The position numbers and the translations under genes are program-made. From Vulcanimicrobiota bacterium (lineage in GTDB: Bacteria > Vulcanimicrobiota > Xenobia > Xenobiales > JADMJV01), in the NCBI GenBank assembly GCA_050250895.1, contig JBFWNU010000004.1, positions 353,362 through 417,361 of the forward strand: a stretch of 64,000 nucleotides of DNA, read 5' to 3'. The notes beneath the pieces are model-generated. The model searched no databases, was not told the DNA's origin, and was given only the letters and a program-made list of their open reading frames with translations. The first letter of the stretch is position 1. Each line of letters starts with the position of its first letter. This document shows, piece by piece, positions 1-9,667 of this stretch.

Positions 1-1
1 G

Positions 2-283
2 CCGCAATTTTTCAACATTTTGCTCGGAGAGATGTCTTTCGTCGGCCCCCGTCCGTTTCCCGAGTACCACCTTCGGGTTTTCGACAAACCGTTCCGTCGC
101 CGTCGTCAGAGCGTCTTGCCCGGACTCACCGGCCTGTGGCAAATCCGCGTGCGTAGTGGCGGAGACATCAGGGCTCAGCGTTATTGGGACCTCAAATACC
201 TGGTGGGGCGCTGCCTGATGCTCGACCTGCGCATCTTGTGCGAGACTCCCCTGGTCGTGATCCGGGCCAAAGGCGCCGTCTAG
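2..283 (+). CDS. Polyprenyl-phosphate sugar phosphotransferase (bacterial sugar transferase family), C-terminal fragment; 5' end outside window
   Basis: Frame is open to the window edge; translated tail carries sugar-transferase signature segments SFVGPRP and PGLTGLWQIRVRSG; stop at 281-283. Confidence 0.85.
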   Translation, partial: PQFFNILLGEMSFVGPRPFPEYHLRVFDKPFRRRRQSVLPGLTGLWQIRVRSGGDIRAQRYWDLKYLVGRCLMLDLRILCETPLVVIRAKGAV

Positions 284-369
284 GCTCCGGCAGCGAACCC
301 CGTATCAGCGGGCTTTGCGGCCGGCAGGCTGGGAGGAGATCGTTATTCAACCAGTAATAGTTAGCCCCC

Positions 370-2886
370 ATGCGCAGAGCACGATGCCGTCCCAGCGAAA
401 ACTCTAGCTTCCGGACTCTGGCTGGATTGTTGGTATGCTTGGTCCTGCTGGCCCTGGTGGCTCCAGTCTGGGCTCAACCGACTCCCGTGCCTCCCGCACA
501 GGATGGCCAGCCGCAGCCGTCCCAACAGCAACTGGAGGAAGACTCCGCCGACCTTGGCCAGACGGGCGAAATCCAGGTCCCCCCTCCCCCGGTCACCCCC
601 ACCCAGACGGTGCGAGAACTCAATGCGCATCCTGGCCCGACGATCGGCTCGCCGGACACCTTTCGCAACTCGAGGGTGCTCGACGCCCTCGAGCAATCGC
701 GAGTTCAGCGCCAGCAGCGCCAGACCCAAGAGCTCGAGCGCTTCGGCTCTTCGTTCTTCGAGCGTTCCCAAGAAGAGTTGACCCGGGCCGATGAGGCGAC
801 CGTGCCGGATGACTACAAACTAAGGTCAGGCGACGAACTCAATGTCACCACCTACAACATCAGAGGCGGAGAATCGGTCGACATTTCCCGGGTGGACGAG
901 TCTGGGGTTGTCCAGCTGACGGGAGTTGGCCCGGTGCCTGTGGCGGGCCTCACCCGGCCTCAGGCAGAGACACGCTTCAACAGCCTCATCTCTCGCCAGT
1001 TTCCCAACATGCGGGTGAGGCTTACCTTTACCCGCGTCCCAAAAATTCGCGTTTTCGTGCTCGGAGAAGCCAATCGCCCCGGCGGGTACCTGATGAATCC
1101 CACGGCCACGGTGCTCGACGCCTTGCTCCACGCCCGCGGGCCTTCGCGAGCGGGCAGCTACCGCCGCATCGAATTGCAGCGAGCCGGCCGCACCGTGGCC
1201 ACCTTCGACCTCTACGACCTGTTGATTTTCGGGCGTACGGCCTCGCCCCGATTGCAAAACGGCGACCGAATCTTCGTGCCCCTGGTGGGCAACGAAGTCT
1301 CGATTACCGGCGAGGTGTTGCGCCCTGCCGTTTATGAACTGCGACAAGAGAAGACGCTGGCTCAGCTGATCTCGCTCGCCGGAGGCTTGCGTCCCGAAGC
1401 CTACTCTCCGCGGGTCCAGATCGAGCGAATCGATGACCACAACCTGAGAAAGCTCATCGATATTCCCTTCGACAAGGCAGCCACGACCGCTCTTCGGCCC
1501 GGTGACTTCATCATCATCGAGCCGGTGCTAGAGAACCTGACCAATGGCGTGTTCGTGTCGGGGGCTGTCGAGCGGCCCGGATTCTATGAGATCAAAACCG
1601 GTGCCTCGACGGTGGCCGGGGTTATTCGTCAGGCCCAGGGTTTGACCAACGGCGCCTACGCCCAACACGCTGAGATTTTTCGCTACGTAAGGACGTTTGG
1701 TCCCCACGGAGAAACGCTGATCGACCGCTCGGCCCCCCAGGAGGTCATCGGCTTTGATCTGGCCGCCGCTCTCAGCGGCGATTCGACCAACGACCTGGCC
1801 CTGCTTCCAGAAGACGTGATTGTCGTCTCGACCCGCGAAGAGGCCCTGGTCGACCGCGAGCGAGTCCGTATTCAGGGCGAGGTCAAAAACCCCGGCGAAT
1901 ACCCGCGCTTTGGCAAGATGCGGGTGCGCGATCTGGTCAACCTGGCCGGTGGCATCACCCCTGAGGCCTCGGTCCAGGCCGAGATCGCTCGCCCTGGTCC
2001 CATGGGTAAGATCGAGTTCATCCCGGTCGATCTGGGGGGCGCCATGGAGGGGGGGACCCTCGCCAACAACCCGGTCCTGCAAGACCTGGATGTGCTGATC
2101 GTCAGGCCGCAGCTGCGAGCCAAGCGATGGCCGGCCTCGATCACCTTGCTGGGAGAGTTCAAGCATCCCGGCGTCTATGTCGTCGATCCTGACCGCGAGA
2201 CGCTAGCCGACGTGATCGCACGGGCCGGTGGCCTCACCGCTGAGGCTTACCCGAAGGCAGCGGTGCTCACCCGCCGACGACCCGAGATTCTCTCCACCGA
2301 CCAGAGCGGCCTGGCGGCCATCGTCTTCAAAAACCTGCAAGAGGTAGCGCGCCAGATCGCTCTGGTCGAAAATGCCCGCCTCTCCCGGCAGCCGACCGCC
2401 GCCGGCGCGGCCCGGGTGGACTTTAGAGCCTTGACCGAGGCAGCTACGGCCCCGCCCCGAGAACTGGACTTCGTGCTCACCTCGGGCCGGATCCCCATCT
2501 CGCTGGGCGAGATTCTGGCCTCGGGCCAGGGAGATCCGCGGGTCAAAGAAGGCGACGTGCTCTTTGTTCCGCAAGAGCCTGAAATGGTCATCGTCTCCGG
2601 GGCGGTCGTCATGCCCACCCCGCTGGTCTGGCGCCCAGGCCGCCACGCCGAGGAATACATTGACCAGGCGGGTGGATTTGCCGAGGACGCGGCCACGGAT
2701 CGCGTGCTCATCCTGAGGGTCAGCGGGCAACTGGTCAAAGAGGGGGACGCCGGGGTCTTAGAACCCGGAGACCTCATTCTCGTCCCGCCTCGAGCGCTGA
2801 TCTCCGAGCCCGACGCCTTCGAGCGTTTCTTGAGCGTGCTCCAGGTCATCGCCAACGGAGCCTTTGTCTGGCGGGCCTTCCGATGA
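370..2886 (+). CDS. Polysaccharide export protein, Wza/KpsD-like, with multiple SLBB-type repeats
   Basis: 838-aa ORF with ATG at 370; N-terminal hydrophobic signal-like segment (LAGLLVCLVLLALVAPVWA); Poly_export-like segment (YKLRSGDELNV) followed by several repeats of the GEV..PG.Y / ..AGG pattern typical of SLBB domains. Confidence 0.8.
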   Translation: MRRARCRPSENSSFRTLAGLLVCLVLLALVAPVWAQPTPVPPAQDGQPQPSQQQLEEDSADLGQTGEIQVPPPPVTPTQTVRELNAHPGPTIGSPDTFRNSRVLDALEQSRVQRQQRQTQELERFGSSFFERSQEELTRADEATVPDDYKLRSGDELNVTTYNIRGGESVDISRVDESGVVQLTGVGPVPVAGLTRPQAETRFNSLISRQFPNMRVRLTFTRVPKIRVFVLGEANRPGGYLMNPTATVLDALLHARGPSRAGSYRRIELQRAGRTVATFDLYDLLIFGRTASPRLQNGDRIFVPLVGNEVSITGEVLRPAVYELRQEKTLAQLISLAGGLRPEAYSPRVQIERIDDHNLRKLIDIPFDKAATTALRPGDFIIIEPVLENLTNGVFVSGAVERPGFYEIKTGASTVAGVIRQAQGLTNGAYAQHAEIFRYVRTFGPHGETLIDRSAPQEVIGFDLAAALSGDSTNDLALLPEDVIVVSTREEALVDRERVRIQGEVKNPGEYPRFGKMRVRDLVNLAGGITPEASVQAEIARPGPMGKIEFIPVDLGGAMEGGTLANNPVLQDLDVLIVRPQLRAKRWPASITLLGEFKHPGVYVVDPDRETLADVIARAGGLTAEAYPKAAVLTRRRPEILSTDQSGLAAIVFKNLQEVARQIALVENARLSRQPTAAGAARVDFRALTEAATAPPRELDFVLTSGRIPISLGEILASGQGDPRVKEGDVLFVPQEPEMVIVSGAVVMPTPLVWRPGRHAEEYIDQAGGFAEDAATDRVLILRVSGQLVKEGDAGVLEPGDLILVPPRALISEPDAFERFLSVLQVIANGAFVWRAFR

Positions 2887-2903
2887 TTGCCATAGAGGGC
2901 TAG

Positions 2904-4178
2904 ATGGACCGCCCGCTGCGCCGGATTCATGGCATCGTGTGTATCATGTACATCGCCGATGCCTTCTTCTCGCTTTATGACGAGCCCGGCGTCAGTCTCA
3001 CCGAGAACAATCCGGCCAGCCGAGTTCTCTGGATTTTCTTGATCGTTTCGTCTTTGTTGCTGGCCCTGCCGCGACCCGGCCGCACGAGCCGCATGTTCTT
3101 CAACAACCTGGCGTTGACCGGCTTCGTCCTGCTCACCGTGGCCTCCAGTGCCTGGTCTATTCTGCCGGGCACGACCTTCAGAAGAGCCGTCCTGGCAGTC
3201 TTCACGCTCCAGTTTGCCAGCCACCTTCGGGCCAACTTCAAGCAAGCCGAAGTGTGGGAGTTGCTTCGCACCGCCTTGCGATGGTCACTGCTTTTGTCGG
3301 TGGCGGTTTGCCTGGTCAGACCCGACATCGGCGTGGACTCGCAGTACCACGTGGGGCAGTGGCGAGGTCTATTTCCGCACAAGAATAGTCTGGGCCGGGC
3401 GGCGGCGCTGCTGGGTAGTCTGGCCCTCGGGCACTGGCTGAGTGGGGGCAAAGGTCGCTTCAAGATCGGGCTCGATATGGTATTGTGCCTGGGCTTGATG
3501 GTACTGGCCTTTTCCAGGACCGGTCTGGCCTCGTTTTTGGGAGTCGCAGCCGTGCTGGTAGTACTGCGCATGCTGCAGAACACCAAAGGTCACGACCGCT
3601 GGTTGGCCGCCAGCGCCATTCCGATAGCCACCGGCGTGATCCTGATCGTCTCCGGGCTGATGCTGTCCCTGCTGCCGAGCAACCTGTATGAGGACAAGCT
3701 CCTCACGGGCCGAATCCCCCTCTGGTACACCCTCACCCTGATGGCCCTGGAGAGGCCGCTGCAAGGCTACGGCTATGGCCAGACGATTTTGAGTCCGGCC
3801 GGGCACGGTCTAGAGATCTGGGCCCGGGTGGGGTGGGAAATGGGTAGCGCCCACAACGCCATGCTCCAGGTTCAGCTCGACCTGGGCGTGGTGGGATTGG
3901 CTTGCTATCTGATGGTCTGGCTCACCATCTTCGCTCGGGTGGGTCGCAACCTCACCAGGCCGCGCAGTCTGGTCGAAGTAGGAGTTTGCCTGATGGTGTT
4001 CGTCAACGGCTTGACCGAGATCGGCTCGGCCGCCCTCTCGACCCTTTGGGGTCTTGCCTTCATCCTGCTGGCGTTATCCGACAGGCAAGTCACTCATGAT
4101 AGCGGTCCCGGCCCGGCTCTGCCGGTCGCGTCGCCGCCCTCCGCCTCCCCAGCAGATCTCGAACGGCGTGAGGAATGA
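2904..4178 (+). CDS. O-antigen ligase/polymerase family membrane protein (Wzy-like)
   Basis: 424-aa polytopic hydrophobic ORF; Wzy_C-like segment GLFPHKNSLG ... FSRTGLASF; sits between exporter and glycosyltransferases. Confidence 0.75.
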   Translation: MDRPLRRIHGIVCIMYIADAFFSLYDEPGVSLTENNPASRVLWIFLIVSSLLLALPRPGRTSRMFFNNLALTGFVLLTVASSAWSILPGTTFRRAVLAVFTLQFASHLRANFKQAEVWELLRTALRWSLLLSVAVCLVRPDIGVDSQYHVGQWRGLFPHKNSLGRAAALLGSLALGHWLSGGKGRFKIGLDMVLCLGLMVLAFSRTGLASFLGVAAVLVVLRMLQNTKGHDRWLAASAIPIATGVILIVSGLMLSLLPSNLYEDKLLTGRIPLWYTLTLMALERPLQGYGYGQTILSPAGHGLEIWARVGWEMGSAHNAMLQVQLDLGVVGLACYLMVWLTIFARVGRNLTRPRSLVEVGVCLMVFVNGLTEIGSAALSTLWGLAFILLALSDRQVTHDSGPGPALPVASPPSASPADLERREE

Positions 4179-4887
4179 GACTCCACGGTTCGAGAAGGTA
4201 ACGCTGCCAGACCCGACCCGGTGTCATCAACAGACGGGCCAGCCATTCGAGGCCCAACCGTCCGGTCCAGCGCGGTGGGGTGGGAATCTCGCCCGTGAGG
4301 TAGTCAAAGATGGCGCCGACCGTGATCGAGACGCAAGGCTCCAGGCGATCGAGATTGTGGCCCAGCCAGGTTTCCTGGCGCGGCATGCCCATTCCCACCA
4401 GCAGCACATGGGGCTGGAAAGCGTTGATATCGCTGACCACCCGCTCGTTGACCCGGGGGTCCTGGGGGTCGAAATAGCCGCTGGCGGCCCGAAATTCCAG
4501 GCCGGGGTAGCGGCTGGCTACATAGTCCTGGCTGCGTTCCACGACCTCCGGGCGTCCGCCCAGAGCGTAAACCCTCCACGATCGGTTCAGAGCCCGCTCG
4601 AGCAACGGGCCGATCCAGTCCAGCACGGTGATTCGATGCTCGGCGCGCAGCGGTTCTCCTAACCAGCGCCCCCAGAAGATCAGCGGCATGCCGTCAATGA
4701 AGCAGGAGTCGGCGCGGGCATAGACCGAGCGCATCGGTTCACAACGATGAAAATGGTAGATGCTGTGGAGATTGTGGTTCACGATGAGGTGGGGCGACGC
4801 ACCGACCCCCCGTGAGACATCCTCCAAGAACTCGTCGAGGTTCATCGGGGTCACCTTCACGCCCAGCAACTGGCAGTCTCTAGGCAT
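4090..4887 (-). CDS. WecB/TagA/CpsF-family glycosyltransferase
   Basis: ORF track frame 4090..5118 trimmed to internal ATG at 4887, 2 nt after the stop of the upstream GT4 gene; conserved segments VYALGG and GMGMPRQE; the upstream 77 codons are Pro/Arg/Ala-rich and overlap the neighbouring gene. Confidence 0.8.
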   Translation of the reverse strand: MPRDCQLLGVKVTPMNLDEFLEDVSRGVGASPHLIVNHNLHSIYHFHRCEPMRSVYARADSCFIDGMPLIFWGRWLGEPLRAEHRITVLDWIGPLLERALNRSWRVYALGGRPEVVERSQDYVASRYPGLEFRAASGYFDPQDPRVNERVVSDINAFQPHVLLVGMGMPRQETWLGHNLDRLEPCVSITVGAIFDYLTGEIPTPPRWTGRLGLEWLARLLMTPGRVWQRYLLEPWSLIPHAVRDLLGRRRAATRPAEPGRDRYHE

Positions 4888-6070
4888 GGCCCCGCCTCGG
4901 CCCAAGAAGGCCTCGCTCCTCGAGAGCGTCGAGGACCTGTTGGACGCGGGAGCGCCAGCTGTGCTCAGACTCCACCAGTTGCTGGCCCCGGCGCCCCATC
5001 TCGCTCCAGCGCTCCTGGCCGGCGCAGGCCTCTCGAAGGGCGTTCTCGAGGCTGCCGGCGGTGTGGGCCTCGAAGACGAATCCGCATTCAGCCCTGGCCA
5101 CCAGGGCTCGGGCATCACGAAAGTCCGAGACGATCACGGGCAGCCCGGCGGCTAAATACTCATATAACTTCAGAGGCGAATGATACATCCCGCCCCAGGC
5201 CAGATCTCGTTGCCCCGAGAAGCCAAGATCGCAACCGGCCAGGATCGCTCCAACCTGGCTGGGCGGCACCGGCCCCAAAAACTTGACCTGCTCAGCCAGC
5301 CCCAGCTTGACACTCAACTGCTGGCACTCGCGCAAGCCTACGCCACCTCCGGCCACGACCAACCCATAAGCAATTCCGTCCTGACGAAGCCGGTCCATGG
5401 CTTCGAGTAGAGCACACAGATTCTGCCATCGCTGCACCTGCCCCACGAAACAGATGGTGGGCCCGGCAAAGAAACGACTCGCCTCGGACCCGACTTGCAG
5501 GCGCGAGGCGTTCACCCCATTGGGCACCACCAGAATCTTCTGGTCGGGGATATCGAAGGTGTCGGCCACCAGCGCTTTGAGCTGCTCGCTGACACAGATG
5601 ACCAGATCGGCGGCCGCCAGGGATGTTCTCTGAATCCGGTGAGCCAGGTCGACCAGTTCGAGGGTTCGATACTCGTCACGCGACTCGAGGTGATGAATGC
5701 CGTTGACCTCGACCACCAGGCAGCCGCGGCGACCCAGCCCTTTCAAGAGACAACCGATGGCCTGGAAACTGCCACTTCGTTCGTAAAACACGTCGGCCTC
5801 GCCTAGCATGAAATAGGAGCAGAGGGCGTTGACAGGCCACAAGGCCAATCTGACGAAGTCTGAGGCAAGTCGCGCCGCTCTCGACTTCTGCAGATACTCC
5901 TGGGGATTTCCGCGATTGGGCAAGAAATCGCCGGCGATGTATCGCCGCGTCTCCCAGGCTAGCTCCTCAAAGCCAGCCAGGACTCCCAGGATATGGGTGC
6001 GAGCCCCGTATTGGGGACAATTCTCTCGCAGGGAGACACTCGGGGCTCCGGAAAGATAGGCCAAACGCAA
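4880..6070 (-). CDS. Glycosyltransferase family 4 (group 1 GT)
   Basis: 396 aa; GT-B C-terminal domain pattern (ICFVGQV ... GLVVAGGG ... LPVIVSD ... ECGFVFE); tightly packed with neighbours. Confidence 0.85.
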   Translation of the reverse strand: MRLAYLSGAPSVSLRENCPQYGARTHILGVLAGFEELAWETRRYIAGDFLPNRGNPQEYLQKSRAARLASDFVRLALWPVNALCSYFMLGEADVFYERSGSFQAIGCLLKGLGRRGCLVVEVNGIHHLESRDEYRTLELVDLAHRIQRTSLAAADLVICVSEQLKALVADTFDIPDQKILVVPNGVNASRLQVGSEASRFFAGPTICFVGQVQRWQNLCALLEAMDRLRQDGIAYGLVVAGGGVGLRECQQLSVKLGLAEQVKFLGPVPPSQVGAILAGCDLGFSGQRDLAWGGMYHSPLKLYEYLAAGLPVIVSDFRDARALVARAECGFVFEAHTAGSLENALREACAGQERWSEMGRRGQQLVESEHSWRSRVQQVLDALEERGLLGPRRGHA

Positions 6071-6073
6071 GGC

Positions 6074-7462
6074 TTAGCGCTCCTCGTCGAGTCGAAGAGT
6101 GACTTCAGCCCCGCCGGCCTTCAGGGTGGTCTTGAGACGCTGGCTGCGGCCGCCGGCCTCGACGACGATCTCATATTCGCCGAGAAACCCAGGAACGGTG
6201 AACTCACCCTGGCTATCGGTGACCCCGTCAGCCCTGGTCCACCAATCGTTATAGACGAGCTGCTTCCAGGTCGCCAGACCCGGCTTTTCGGTGCCATCCT
6301 CACGATAGAAGGGTGAATTGTGGAGCCAGTGCGAGGGCCCGTCGAACCCCCAGACGACGAAGCCGGTCGTGGCCGGGCTGCTGAAGCAGGCGGTCATGTA
6401 GTCGCGCAGGTAATCGGCTTCGAGCTGCTCCAGCTCGGGACCGGGACGGGTCGTTGGAGCCGTCCGCCAGCGTTGCTCGAAGGTGCCCGTCGCTTGCGAG
6501 GCTTGCAGGCGCACGTCGTATTCGGTGACCTCGAGGGCCACGCCCAGGCTCCCGAGTCGCTCGAGCCGGTCGAGGACCTGGGGAATCCCGGCCAAGGAGC
6601 CGATATGGTGAGACTGCAGGCCCAGTCCGTCCACCGGCGCCTGGCGCTTCTGCAACTCTTTCATCAGCTGGGTTACGGCCACCAGCCGGGACTCTTTCAG
6701 GTCACCGCTACAAAGCTTATGCTCGTTGACGAATAGGCGAGCCTCGGGCGCGAATTGGTGGGCCGCCACCAACCACTCGGCCGCCCCCGCCGCGCCCAGG
6801 CGGGCGAACAGGTCACTGTTATCCGAGGGTTCGTTCAAGACGTCCCAATCATCGATGGCTGCAAACGCCGGATCGCCGATGGTCTGCTCGAGATGGTGCC
6901 GCACTTGCTGCCGGATCTGCTCATCGGACGTCCCCGCCAACTCCTGGGGAGTCGCCTTCTTGCGGCCCCGGTTCCAGACCAGCACATGACCCCGCACCCG
7001 AAAATCGTTGTCCTTGAGCCATTTGAGGGCTGAAAGCGAGGAGACCTTTCTCTTCTGGACCTTCTCGGGAGTGTCCCAGGTCCAGTTGTAGAAGACATTC
7101 AGGGTCGCATAATTGAAGAGTTCTTTGAGACGCTCACGGTAGACCTCACTCGGCTGGCCGTCGGCCATCAACAGTTCGGCGTTGACCTGAGTCCCGAAAC
7201 GATACGCGTGCCCGGTCATGCGCACCCGGACCCTGGCCCCGCTCAGCGGTCCCGCCTCGTCCTCGACCTTGAGCTTCAGGTCGGCTTTGCGATACTTCTC
7301 GATTCTAGCCTGGGCGGGCCCACGCCAGTCGGCCCGCGGATCGTGCCCCTCGTAGTCGTGGGGAGGATCAGAACGAAGCCCCAGCACCAGACCGGTTAGC
7401 GACAGACCGGCCAATAAAACCAGGGCTCCCAGGCTCAAAGCACGCCGCGGCCCAAAGCTCAC
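6074..7462 (-). CDS. Secreted glycoside hydrolase, GH10-like catalytic domain with C-terminal beta-sandwich extension
   Basis: N-terminal signal-like segment (LSLGALVLLAGLSLTGLVLG); acid/base region DDWDVLNEP and nucleophile region LEVTEYDV matching the GH10 WDVVNE / ITELD pattern; 4-bp start/stop overlap with Wzz-like gene. Confidence 0.75.
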   Translation of the reverse strand: MSFGPRRALSLGALVLLAGLSLTGLVLGLRSDPPHDYEGHDPRADWRGPAQARIEKYRKADLKLKVEDEAGPLSGARVRVRMTGHAYRFGTQVNAELLMADGQPSEVYRERLKELFNYATLNVFYNWTWDTPEKVQKRKVSSLSALKWLKDNDFRVRGHVLVWNRGRKKATPQELAGTSDEQIRQQVRHHLEQTIGDPAFAAIDDWDVLNEPSDNSDLFARLGAAGAAEWLVAAHQFAPEARLFVNEHKLCSGDLKESRLVAVTQLMKELQKRQAPVDGLGLQSHHIGSLAGIPQVLDRLERLGSLGVALEVTEYDVRLQASQATGTFEQRWRTAPTTRPGPELEQLEADYLRDYMTACFSSPATTGFVVWGFDGPSHWLHNSPFYREDGTEKPGLATWKQLVYNDWWTRADGVTDSQGEFTVPGFLGEYEIVVEAGGRSQRLKTTLKAGGAEVTLRLDEER

Positions 7463-8685
7463 AGGTCGGGCTCTTTCGCATCGAGCTCGAGGCGCGCTCG
7501 GTCCAACCCCTCTCGAAAGAGGGCCCAGGCCAGCGCGAGCATGAAGCCAAAGAGAAAGCCGGCCACGGTCTTCAAAGCCCCATAGCGCCTGACCGGCTCG
7601 ACGGGAACAATCGGTTCGTCGATGATACGGTAGGGCGAGGTCACGCTCTTTCCCTGCTCGATCATCTGGGCCACCTGCAATTGCTGAACATACTGCTGGA
7701 AAATGTGCTCGCGAATGTTGACCTCGCGGGTGAGTTCCCGGTAGCGTTCGGCCTGACGAGGCGTTTGCTTGAGCAGTGAGGCCTGGGCGGCCGATTCGGC
7801 CTGCAACTCGAGCACTTTGGCCTCGAGCCCTGCCTCGCGTGATTTGAGGGCCATCTGCACTTCAAGATTACCGGACGAGGCGAGTTGACTCCTCACCGCT
7901 CGAAGCTCGGCTTCGGCCAGGATGCGCTCGGTGTTGAGCGTGGTCAGGGCGGAGAACTCGCTCTGGCTTTGCGTCTCGAGGGGAACCACGATCTCTTCGC
8001 TCTCGGCAAACTCGCGTAGCTCTCGGATGGCGGCCTCGAGCTCTTGCTTGCTCTGGCGCGTCTCGTCTTCGAGAAAGGAAGAGCGCGACTGGGTCTCTGT
8101 CTGCAGGCGGGCCTCGAGCAGTTGAAAGAACTCGTCGGCGATGGCCTGGGAGAGTTCTGCTGAATCGGTTTCGACGGTGAAACGGACGGGGGCCAGCAGG
8201 GGGGGATGAGGGCCTTCGACTTCGATGGAATCGCGCAAGATCTCCAGGACTTCATCCCGGTTCAAACCGGCGTCGATCTGCCTTCCTAAGAACCTCTCGT
8301 CGGTGGCCAGAGAGAGTTTCTCCATCACGGTCAGGTGCAGGGTCTCGCTTTCGAGGATTGCCGAGACATATTCACTACCGCCGGTGCTCAGACCGAACAT
8401 GGCCGCAAACTGCTGAGCCTCGGGCGACATGGTCATGCTCACGGGGCCGGTCACGAAAACGGAGAAACCGCTGGCGTAATGGCGGGGCGCCAATAAGACG
8501 ATGGCCGCCACCAGACCCGCGCACAGAAAAGAAGCGAGGAACGTAAAACGCCACCACCGCCTGACAAAGGCAAGGACCATCGAGGGTGTGATCTCGTCAC
8601 GGGTCTCGACTGGAGGTGGGGTTCTTTTGGCAGTATCGGTCAATCTCGTCCTTTGGCCGGGTTTGGCGCCAGCGACGAGTATCAT
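7459..8685 (-). CDS. Polysaccharide chain-length determinant (Wzz-like co-polymerase, no kinase domain)
   Basis: 408 aa; N-terminal TM (FTFLASFLCAGLVAAIVLLA) and C-terminal TM (TVAGFLFGFMLALAWALF) flanking a long helical, coiled-coil-like periplasmic region; no Walker motifs. Confidence 0.7.
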   Translation of the reverse strand: MILVAGAKPGQRTRLTDTAKRTPPPVETRDEITPSMVLAFVRRWWRFTFLASFLCAGLVAAIVLLAPRHYASGFSVFVTGPVSMTMSPEAQQFAAMFGLSTGGSEYVSAILESETLHLTVMEKLSLATDERFLGRQIDAGLNRDEVLEILRDSIEVEGPHPPLLAPVRFTVETDSAELSQAIADEFFQLLEARLQTETQSRSSFLEDETRQSKQELEAAIRELREFAESEEIVVPLETQSQSEFSALTTLNTERILAEAELRAVRSQLASSGNLEVQMALKSREAGLEAKVLELQAESAAQASLLKQTPRQAERYRELTREVNIREHIFQQYVQQLQVAQMIEQGKSVTSPYRIIDEPIVPVEPVRRYGALKTVAGFLFGFMLALAWALFREGLDRARLELDAKEPDL

Positions 8686-8770
8686 TGTTCATAAGCTTTA
8701 GCCGCTCCTGCCATCGAAAGCCGAGCAGAGCGAGAGGACCTGGTCGCGCCAGGAGGAAGCGGGAGCGACC

Positions 8771-9667
8771 ATGAGGCCGCCTAACTTCTTCGTGATCGGT
8801 GCCCCCAAGTGCGGAACGACTTCCCTGGTGGCCTGGCTATCGGACCACGAGCAGGCGTATCTGTCGCCTTCCAAGGAGCCACGCTACTTCGATCGCGACC
8901 TGAAGACCCGGTTTCGCCTCAACAAAAGCCAGTACGCGGCTCTCTTCCAGCAGGTGCGTGAAGAGCACCGAGCCATCGGAGAGGCGACGGTCCTCTACCT
9001 GTATTCAGAAGAGGCCGTGGACAACATCGAACGCGAACTGCCGGGGTCTCGCTATATCGTGATGCTGCGTAACCCCATCGACCTCGCCTACTCTCACCAT
9101 GAGCAGATGACGCTGCATCTGGGCGAGAATCTGCTGGATTTCGAAAGCGCCTGGCGAGCGAGCCCGAGAAGACGGCAGGGAAAGGGCGTCAATCCTTTCT
9201 TTCTGGCCGAGCCCCGGCTGTTGGACTATCAACGTCTGGGTCAATTGGGAAGTCAACTTGAGGCGGTCTTGCGCAAAGTCGAGCCAGAGCGCGTGCTGGT
9301 CCTGTTCCTCGAGGACCTGGTGAGAAATCCGAGAGCCGAGTATGTCAAAGTCCTCGGCTTTCTAGGCTTGGAGGACGATGGCAGAACGAGCTTTCCCAAG
9401 GAAAATCCGGCCAAGCGCGTCCGTTCACGCTATCTGCAACGCCTGATCACGATGCTCATGAAACTCGAGGTGGTGGTCCGGGCCCGACTCGGATTTGCCC
9501 CCGCCAGCTCAAGACCGCTCAGGGCTCTTAACCTTTGGAACAAGACTCCCCATCCCCGAGAGCCGATGCCTGCCCGGCTCAGGTCGGAACTCGCTCTGCA
9601 TTTTCGGGACGAGGTCGCAAAACTCGAGCAGTTGACCGGTCGCGACTTGAGCCACTGGCACCGCTAA
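8771..9667 (+). CDS. Sulfotransferase (PAPS-dependent family)
   Basis: 298 aa; 5'-phosphosulfate-binding loop FVIGAPKCGTTSL near N-terminus, later RNP.D..YS segment; AGGAGG and GGGAG purine-rich stretch upstream of ATG 8771. Confidence 0.85.
   Translation: MRPPNFFVIGAPKCGTTSLVAWLSDHEQAYLSPSKEPRYFDRDLKTRFRLNKSQYAALFQQVREEHRAIGEATVLYLYSEEAVDNIERELPGSRYIVMLRNPIDLAYSHHEQMTLHLGENLLDFESAWRASPRRRQGKGVNPFFLAEPRLLDYQRLGQLGSQLEAVLRKVEPERVLVLFLEDLVRNPRAEYVKVLGFLGLEDDGRTSFPKENPAKRVRSRYLQRLITMLMKLEVVVRARLGFAPASSRPLRALNLWNKTPHPREPMPARLRSELALHFRDEVAKLEQLTGRDLSHWHR

Noticed and set aside
361-794. ORFs 361..771 (-), 435..794 (+), 474..668 (-), 503..781 (+) overlapping the exporter gene
   Set aside because: Alternative-frame ORFs inside a well-supported gene; products are Arg/Pro/Gly-rich low-complexity typical of GC-rich DNA read out of frame.
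2247-3245. 332-aa minus-strand ORF spanning the exporter/Wzy junction
   Set aside because: Antisense to two motif-supported genes; Arg/Ser/Pro-rich translation without motifs.
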